DNA from: a bacterium | GTDB taxonomy: Bacteria; Patescibacteriota; Minisyncoccia; Minisyncoccales; UBA10102 | Assembly (NCBI GenBank): GCA_030647175.1 | Contig: JAUSJU010000058.1 | Coordinates: 1-37,560 of the forward strand | Length of the DNA stretch: 37,560 nt | Direction: 5' to 3' | Shown: positions 32,202 through 37,560 of the stretch, piece by piece | How the letters are laid out: each line of letters begins with the position of its first letter | How positions within the stretch are numbered: position 1 is the first letter of the stretch | Made by a program: the position numbers and the translations under genes | The notes under the pieces: model-generated | Told to the model about the DNA's origin: nothing | Databases searched by the model: none | What the model saw: only the letters and a program-made list of their open reading frames with translations

Positions 32202-32594
32202 TCAACTCTTGAGTTCAAAATATACGAGCATAGTCCAGAGAGGGAGGGCGCTGACGCCTGGAATGAATTCTCCTAAAAATGTTCCTATCCTCCCCAGCCA
32301 TTTGAAGTTTCGAACCATGGGCTTTCCTCCTTTCCCGAGCTGCTGAGGACGTTTCCCCCGGACGAGAAGCCATAGTCCTACAACGCATATGCCGGTGATG
32401 TCGGTTACGACATTCACTCCAGGGATGATGCTGAGTACGTCAATAATTCCCGCAATGAAAAGCATTATGATTCCTTCCGGAGTCAGTATGGCTCCGAATC
32501 CTTTGCTTTGCCCTTGCTGAGTTTCAGCATTCGCTTGCTGGTTTCTTTGCGGCGCTTGATTTGTTTGAGGTTCTTTCTGCTGTTCTTCTGGCAT
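32202..32594 (-). CDS. hypothetical membrane protein (130 aa) with Gln-rich N-terminus and three TM segments
   Basis: The ORF-track 32202..32630 is trimmed to ATG 32594, which overlaps the rsmA stop (TAATG). Next gene starts 1 nt after its stop. Confidence 0.55.
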   Translation of the reverse strand: MPEEQQKEPQTNQAPQRNQQANAETQQGQSKGFGAILTPEGIIMLFIAGIIDVLSIIPGVNVVTDITGICVVGLWLLVRGKRPQQLGKGGKPMVRNFKWLGRIGTFLGEFIPGVSALPLWTMLVYFELKS

Positions 32595-33418
32595 TACTGC
32601 ATTGTATACCATTTCACCACCCTCATCCAATCAGAAAGAGAAAGAGTTTCTGCTCTCCTTGCAGGATTGATGTCTAGAGACTTAAGTGATGTGGAAATAA
32701 CCCCTTTTGGCATTGCAAGCTTTTTTGAAAGGTTGTTCTGGAGCTGCTTTCTTGGCTGGGAAAACCCTGCTTTCATCACGACAAAGAATGCGGAGGCAAG
32801 AGATTCTTCTTCAGGGGAAAGAGACTTGGGAATGATGCGTATAATGGCAGAATCCACCTTGGGCCTTGGCCAGAACGCCCCGCTTTTCACGTATGAATGA
32901 ATCGTGGAATCTGCATAGAACTGCACAGAAAGCGCAAGAATGCTCATATGGGGGGGCTTCGCGCATATTCTCTGGGCAACCTCTTTCTGAATGAGGAGCG
33001 CCAAGATGCGGGGCCTCGGAGATTCCCCGAGAAACTTCCGCAGCACGGGACCCGTAATGGAAAACGGGAGGTTTGAAACCACCTTGTAGTCCTTGAAAGG
33101 GATAGGGGTTTTTAATATGTCCCCTTCCAGAATCTCAACGTTCCGAAGGTCAGCAAGCTCTTCCTTGAGAGAACGGGCCAACCCCCGGTCTTTCTCAATG
33201 GCGAGCACCTTTTTTGCCTTTTCGGCCAATTCTTTCGTAAGCACGCCAAGACCAGGCCCTATTTCAATGACCGTATCCTCTTTTTGGAGATCAGCTGCCT
33301 TGATGAGCTGAACTATGGGGCCCTGGGAAACCAGGAAGTTCTGACTGAGGCGTTTTTGCGGGGTGAGCCCCTTGTTCTTGAGCGTTTCTTTGATTCTTTG
33401 TATTGAAATGGGTTCCAT
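32594..33418 (-). CDS. rsmA: 16S rRNA (adenine1518/1519-N6)-dimethyltransferase
   Basis: LSQNFL, SAM-binding VIEIGPGLGVLT, and VVSNLPFSIT. Confidence 0.9.
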   Translation of the reverse strand: MEPISIQRIKETLKNKGLTPQKRLSQNFLVSQGPIVQLIKAADLQKEDTVIEIGPGLGVLTKELAEKAKKVLAIEKDRGLARSLKEELADLRNVEILEGDILKTPIPFKDYKVVSNLPFSITGPVLRKFLGESPRPRILALLIQKEVAQRICAKPPHMSILALSVQFYADSTIHSYVKSGAFWPRPKVDSAIIRIIPKSLSPEEESLASAFFVVMKAGFSQPRKQLQNNLSKKLAMPKGVISTSLKSLDINPARRAETLSLSDWMRVVKWYTMQ

Positions 33419-33484
33419 AGGGGGTGTGGATAGGAAGCTTGACTTTGGGTCTGGAAAAGCCTATTCTGTATACTGTTATTGTAT

Positions 33485-34480
33485 ATGAGCCAAGGCCAAG
33501 GAGAAAACTCGCATAGAGGGGATTCCAAAGCACAGCTTCTCTTTATTATACCGCTTATCGGTATTTTTTTGTCGGGGTTGGCGTTCGGAGGGGGTACCAC
33601 GGCTTCCTCTCTGCCTTCAGCCCAGCTTTTAGGGCAGGTTTCGGCATCTCAGGCTCCTTTGCCTGAGGATCCCCAGCTCGTTCTCGTGGGAGACAACGCG
33701 CTTTCTGCCTTTTCTCCGCCCGTAGCAGTCACCTCCAAGGTATTGGGAGCCATCATGGGACAGCCTGATGACGGAGAAGCTTCTATCATAACCTATGATG
33801 CGGAACAAGGAGACACCCCTGCTTCTGTCGCAGAGCGCTTCGGAATCTCTTTGAACACCGTTCTCTGGGCAAACGACCTGACTGCGTCTTCTGTCTTGAA
33901 AGAAGGGAAAGAGCTTCTCATTCTTCCTGTCTCAGGAGCTTTACACATGGTGCGCTCTGGAGACACGCTATCTGAGATCGCCACGTGGTACAAGGGGAGC
34001 TCAAAGGAGATATCTGAGTTCAACAACCTGGATTCCGGGAAAATCTTTGCAGGAGACATAGTCATCATTCCAGGGGGTACAAAGCCAAAATCTTTGCCTT
34101 CAGGGCGCCTTGTGCCCTTGGCCAACTCCTACTTCATCTGGCCTATTCCTGCCCCGCACGTCATTACCCAGGGACTGCACCCTTTCAACGCGGTTGATAT
34201 GACCACGGGATCATGCGGGTCTCCCGTATACGCTGCAGCCGGAGGGAACGTGCAGAAAACAGGGTATTCCTCTGTCGGCGGGAACTACGTCCGTATTCTC
34301 CATCCCAACGGGGTTGTGACGTACTATGGCCACCTTTCAGGACTTGCCGCATCTACAGACTCCAGGGTTTCCCAGGGCCAGATCATCGGATACATAGGGA
34401 ACACGGGACACACCGTAGGAGCTACGGGATGCCACTTGCATTTTGAGGTCAGAGGAGCTGCCAATCCGTTCGCCAGGTAG
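33485..34480 (+). CDS. LysM-domain M23 family metallopeptidase
   Basis: TM anchor and two LysM repeats (YDAEQGDTPASVAERFGISLNTVLWAN; HMVRSGDTLSEIATWYKGSSKEISEFN). M23 motifs NAVDM, NYVRILHPNGVVTYYGHLS and CHLHFEVR. Confidence 0.9.
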   Translation: MSQGQGENSHRGDSKAQLLFIIPLIGIFLSGLAFGGGTTASSLPSAQLLGQVSASQAPLPEDPQLVLVGDNALSAFSPPVAVTSKVLGAIMGQPDDGEASIITYDAEQGDTPASVAERFGISLNTVLWANDLTASSVLKEGKELLILPVSGALHMVRSGDTLSEIATWYKGSSKEISEFNNLDSGKIFAGDIVIIPGGTKPKSLPSGRLVPLANSYFIWPIPAPHVITQGLHPFNAVDMTTGSCGSPVYAAAGGNVQKTGYSSVGGNYVRILHPNGVVTYYGHLSGLAASTDSRVSQGQIIGYIGNTGHTVGATGCHLHFEVRGAANPFAR

Positions 34481-34483
34481 GGA

Positions 34484-34846
34484 TTACGAAATCTTGGCGC
34501 AATTGACGCACGTCCGAGCTTCGGGGAGCGCAAACAGGCGCTCTTTTTGAATCTCTTGAGAGCACTTTTCGCATATCCCGTATGTTCCCGCAGGAAACTT
34601 CTCTAAAGCGTTCTGCACGTCTTGCAGCGTCTTTTCAAGGCTCTGCTCTACGGGAAGGCGCGTGGAGTATTCTTCTACTTCGTCAGCGGCTTCTTCTTCG
34701 TTCCCTTCGGGAGTCCTGGGGTATCTTGTGTCCCAGTCCCCTTTCGTCTTTAGATCTTTAGAGGCAAAACTAGAGAGCTGTTTTTCCAGCTCTTCTTTTT
34801 TCTTGCGCAGCGCTTCCTGCAGGTCGGTTTTTATTTGTTCGTCCAT
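34484..34846 (-). CDS. DksA/TraR family C4-type zinc-finger protein
   Basis: Coiled-coil N-terminus and C-terminal CEKCSQEI...TCVNC (CxxC-N17-CxxC). Confidence 0.82.
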   Translation of the reverse strand: MDEQIKTDLQEALRKKKEELEKQLSSFASKDLKTKGDWDTRYPRTPEGNEEEAADEVEEYSTRLPVEQSLEKTLQDVQNALEKFPAGTYGICEKCSQEIQKERLFALPEARTCVNCAKIS

Positions 34847-34852
34847 ATGGTG

Positions 34853-35815
34853 TTATTGAGTTGATATATTGTCTATGAGAGCTTTCATGCTTTCTAAGGA
34901 TCCGGTTACCAGGAGGCGGTCTTGCAGTAGGGCGTATACGAGACCAAAGTCATTGTTGGACAGCGTTTGGTACCTGATGGAAACTTGTTGATACAGAGTT
35001 GTCCTGAAGAACGAAATGTACCCTTCACCCTTTTCTCCCATGATACCAAAGAATTCCGTTGTGTCACGCTCTAAAGTGGGCTCCCACGACTTCATGAGAA
35101 CAGCCGCCTGTTCTGCATTCTGGACCTTTGTCACGAATCCCAGGCGATTCTTTGAATTTGTAGCATACAGAAACGGCGTCGTAGTTTCTTCAAGCAAGGG
35201 CCCGAGTCCTTGGAGCGGGAAGATGAAGAATGCTCCGAGAAAAGTTTGCGTTGACGCATACTCCCCCCCGTTCTTCAAAAGGATTCTCGTAAATCCTGGA
35301 GCAAGGGTTTCCTGCAATGATTGAGAGAGGAGGTCTGGGATCTGGGAAGCATCCGTATACTCTACAAGAAGGGAGTTCTGCTCATGGATGAGCGATTCCG
35401 GAGGAAGGGCGGGCTGCGCAGGAATTTGTTCTTGCTGCTGCCCTTCCGGCGAAGGTCCTTGCTGGGAAGATCCTTTTTTCGAGAGGACGTAGTATCCCAG
35501 AGCTATGAGGTTGGCGACAAGGAACAAGGTGATGCTTGCGACGACCACTCGCACGACTATTTTCTCAAGCAGCGACTGGGGTTTGTGCTGAGGAGGGATC
35601 AGCACGACTTTTTCCGCACCTGGTTCCGTCCCGCTTTCTTGAAGGGCAGGAAGAGGAGTTTCTTGCTGGGGCTGCGCTTTCTTTCCCGTCTGAAGTTGAA
35701 CGATATGTTCGCGCTCGTTCTTGGCCTCCTCCTCTCGGAGACGCGCCATATCTTTTGCCATGGTGCGGATATCCTCCCTATGGAGGAACTCCAGCTTTTC
35801 ACCTGTTTCTTCCAT
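34853..35815 (-). CDS. hypothetical single-pass membrane protein (320 aa)
   Basis: Charged N-terminus, TM segment VVVASITLFLVANLIALGYYVL, and an extracytoplasmic domain with no recognised family. The ATG lies 6 nt after an extended -10 box. Confidence 0.6.
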   Translation of the reverse strand: MEETGEKLEFLHREDIRTMAKDMARLREEEAKNEREHIVQLQTGKKAQPQQETPLPALQESGTEPGAEKVVLIPPQHKPQSLLEKIVVRVVVASITLFLVANLIALGYYVLSKKGSSQQGPSPEGQQQEQIPAQPALPPESLIHEQNSLLVEYTDASQIPDLLSQSLQETLAPGFTRILLKNGGEYASTQTFLGAFFIFPLQGLGPLLEETTTPFLYATNSKNRLGFVTKVQNAEQAAVLMKSWEPTLERDTTEFFGIMGEKGEGYISFFRTTLYQQVSIRYQTLSNNDFGLVYALLQDRLLVTGSLESMKALIDNISTQ

Positions 35816-35821
35816 GGACTT

Positions 35822-35830
35822 ATTGTATCA
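35822..35830 (-). promoter_or_regulatory. extended -10 box TGATACAAT, 6 nt upstream of ATG 35815 (leaderless-type)
   Basis: The minus strand reads TGATACAAT-AAGTCC-ATG, identical to the polA box. Confidence 0.5.
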
Positions 35831-35851
35831 GGTTTTCCCTGACGCGCCACG

Positions 35852-37560
35852 CTATGAATTTTTTGCCTGCTTGAGCGAGAGGCTCACTTTCCCCTGACCG
35901 TCTATCTTGAGCACTTTTACCGGAATCACGTCCCCAACTTTTACCACGTCTTCCGTGCGGGCGACGCGGTGGGGAGCTAGCTCTGAAATATGCACCAACC
36001 CCTCCTGTCCCGGGAAGATCTCAACGAATGCTCCGAAGGCCAGGGTGCTTACCACTCTTCCCTGGTAGGTTTCTCCGATGACGGGCTCTCGCATCATGTT
36101 CTGGATCCACTCTAACGCTTTCTTGGCGCCTTCTTCCTTGATAGAGGTGATGAATACCTTTCCGTCGTCCTCCACGTCAATTTCCACTTCGCATTCTTCC
36201 GTGATCTGGCGGATCATTTTTCCTCCTGGCCCTATGAGTTCCCCGATCTTCTCTCTGTTGATCTGCAGTATGTAAATGCGGGGCGCCCATTTGGAAAGTT
36301 CTTTGCGAGGTTCTGGAAGCACTCTTGAAATGACCTCGTCCAATATGGTGTGGCGCGCTTTCCTCGCTGCTTCCAATGCATTCTTGAATATTTCTTCGGT
36401 GATACCTTTTACTTTCACGTCCATCTGGATGGCGGTGATTCCGTCTTTGGTGCCTGCCACCTTGAAATCCATGTCTCCATGGTGGTCTTCCGGCCCTTGG
36501 ATATCGGTCAGTATTTTATAGTCTTCAGAGTTTGGATCAGTAAGCAGTCCTACGGAGATTCCCGCCACCGGTTTTTTGATGGGGACTCCTGCGTCCATGA
36601 GAGCCAAGGTCGCAGAGCATACAGAAGCCATGGATGTGGAACCGTTTGAAGACAAGCATTCGGTTACGATGCGTATGGTGTAGGGGAACTCATCTACGGT
36701 AGGGATCACGGGAAGCAATGCTTTTTCAGCCAACATTCCGTGCCCAATCTCTCTTCTTCCAGGTCCTCGCATGGGCTTTACTTCTCCCGTAGAGTAGGGA
36801 GGAAAGTTGTAGTGGTGCATGAAGCGCTTCTTGCCGCTGAACTCCATGCCCTCCATCAACTTATGATCTCCCGGAGTTCCCAACGTGAGGATGGAAAGGG
36901 TTTTGGTCTGTCCTCGCTCAAACAAGGCTGATCCATGAGTTCTCGGAAGCAAGGAGACTCTGCCGGCTAACTGGCGGAGCTCGTCTGTTTTCCTGTCATC
37001 CACGCGCAATCCTTCTTTGAGCCCTCTGGTCCTCATCAATCGGTCAATCTCCCGCTCAAAGAATTCTTTGATGTAGTTTCCTTTTTCCAATCCAGGATAC
37101 CTGGCGTCAATGATCGCCACGACCTCTTTCTTGAGTTCGTTGACCGCATCCATTCGCGCTTTCTTGTCTCCCTGGAACAGGGCTTGTTCTAATTTGTTTC
37201 CAATAAGTTCTTTCGCTTCGTTCTCTAATGTGAGGTCCTGAGGAGGATCTTCCAGAACCATCTTCTCTTTTCCGTGCTCTTTCACCATTTCTTTCTGGAG
37301 CTTGGTCATTTGTTCCAAGAAAGGTTTGGCGAAAGAGAATGCTTGTTCAAATTCTGACTCTGGAACTTCTTCCGCTTCAGCTTCAATCATGTTCAACAGG
37401 GTCTTGTTGTTTTCTTCCAAGGTCCCGATGAGAAAATCCATGGGGCTTTCTCTCCTTTGCGCATAGGTCGGGTTCAAGACGAATTTCCCTTCCTGTTTCC
37501 CTATTCGTACTGCAGACAAGGGTCCCTGCCAGGGAGCAGCAGAGATAGAAAGAGCCAGAG
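35852..37560 (-). CDS. pnp: polyribonucleotide nucleotidyltransferase (PNPase), 5' end beyond the window
   Basis: Second RNase PH domain, KH (GPGGKMIRQI) and S1 (GETYQGRVVSTLAFGAFVEI) domains. The frame stays open from 37519 to 37560 (..LALSISAAPWQGPLSAVRIGK..), matching the conserved PNPase core, so the ORF-track TTG start is internal. Confidence 0.93.
   Translation of the reverse strand, partial: LALSISAAPWQGPLSAVRIGKQEGKFVLNPTYAQRRESPMDFLIGTLEENNKTLLNMIEAEAEEVPESEFEQAFSFAKPFLEQMTKLQKEMVKEHGKEKMVLEDPPQDLTLENEAKELIGNKLEQALFQGDKKARMDAVNELKKEVVAIIDARYPGLEKGNYIKEFFEREIDRLMRTRGLKEGLRVDDRKTDELRQLAGRVSLLPRTHGSALFERGQTKTLSILTLGTPGDHKLMEGMEFSGKKRFMHHYNFPPYSTGEVKPMRGPGRREIGHGMLAEKALLPVIPTVDEFPYTIRIVTECLSSNGSTSMASVCSATLALMDAGVPIKKPVAGISVGLLTDPNSEDYKILTDIQGPEDHHGDMDFKVAGTKDGITAIQMDVKVKGITEEIFKNALEAARKARHTILDEVISRVLPEPRKELSKWAPRIYILQINREKIGELIGPGGKMIRQITEECEVEIDVEDDGKVFITSIKEEGAKKALEWIQNMMREPVIGETYQGRVVSTLAFGAFVEIFPGQEGLVHISELAPHRVARTEDVVKVGDVIPVKVLKIDGQGKVSLSLKQAKNS

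Noticed and set aside
33425-33433. Isolated DnaA-box-like TGTGGATAG upstream of rsmA.
   Set aside because: It is a single box with no AT-rich unwinding element or neighbouring boxes, so it is most likely chance or a minor regulatory site. It is not treated as an origin.

Overview
This window is a very compact, mid-GC bacterial chromosome segment read in the standard genetic code. Hand counts of typical coding lines give about 47% G+C. Genes abut or overlap, and convergent genes share their stop regions.

The gene content suggests a reduced Patescibacteria/CPR-like or similar Gram-positive-type genome; this is inference, not proven here. The basis is a short YidC, a Pol I with no proofreading domain, a Mur ligase lacking its N-terminal domain, many orphan membrane proteins and a PrgI/VirB4 cluster.

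The centre of the window is the replication-origin neighbourhood:
- dnaA and dnaN lie on the minus strand, separated by an AT-rich spacer containing DnaA boxes.
- rpmH-rnpA-yidC-jag runs divergently on the plus strand.

The left arm is mostly housekeeping. It holds an EF-like small protein, tRNA-Arg(CCG), a NIF3-family protein, a Mur ligase, uvrB, rpsT, holA, an orphan response regulator, polA, a TRIC channel, tsaE, a PilB/GspE-like ATPase, yebC-ruvC, tyrS and a class A PBP.

The right arm (21.9-32.6 kb) is a roughly 10.7 kb type IV secretion or conjugative-pilus-like cluster:
- It contains a split VirB4, a PrgI/VirB3-like protein, two VirB2-like pilins, a VirB6-like protein, a C39-like peptidase and Cys-rich orphan proteins.
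- I found no relaxase, coupling protein or integrase anywhere in the window.
- One oppositely oriented SPFH/Band-7 gene interrupts the cluster.
- rsmA is translationally coupled to the first cluster gene.
- The cluster is followed by a LysM-M23 peptidase, DksA/TraR, a membrane-anchored orphan and pnp, which is truncated at its 5' end by the window edge.

I recognised no rRNA, CRISPR array or transposase.

Other signals worth a second look:
- A roughly 375-nt structured element closed by a 13-bp helix lies upstream of polA.
- A 111-nt nested inverted repeat lies upstream of yebC.
- A recurrent (TGn)-10 box sits 6-8 nt before ATG at nine gene or operon heads (eight carry the extended TGn), implying widespread leaderless mRNAs.
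- A single in-frame TAA splits the PilB-like locus.
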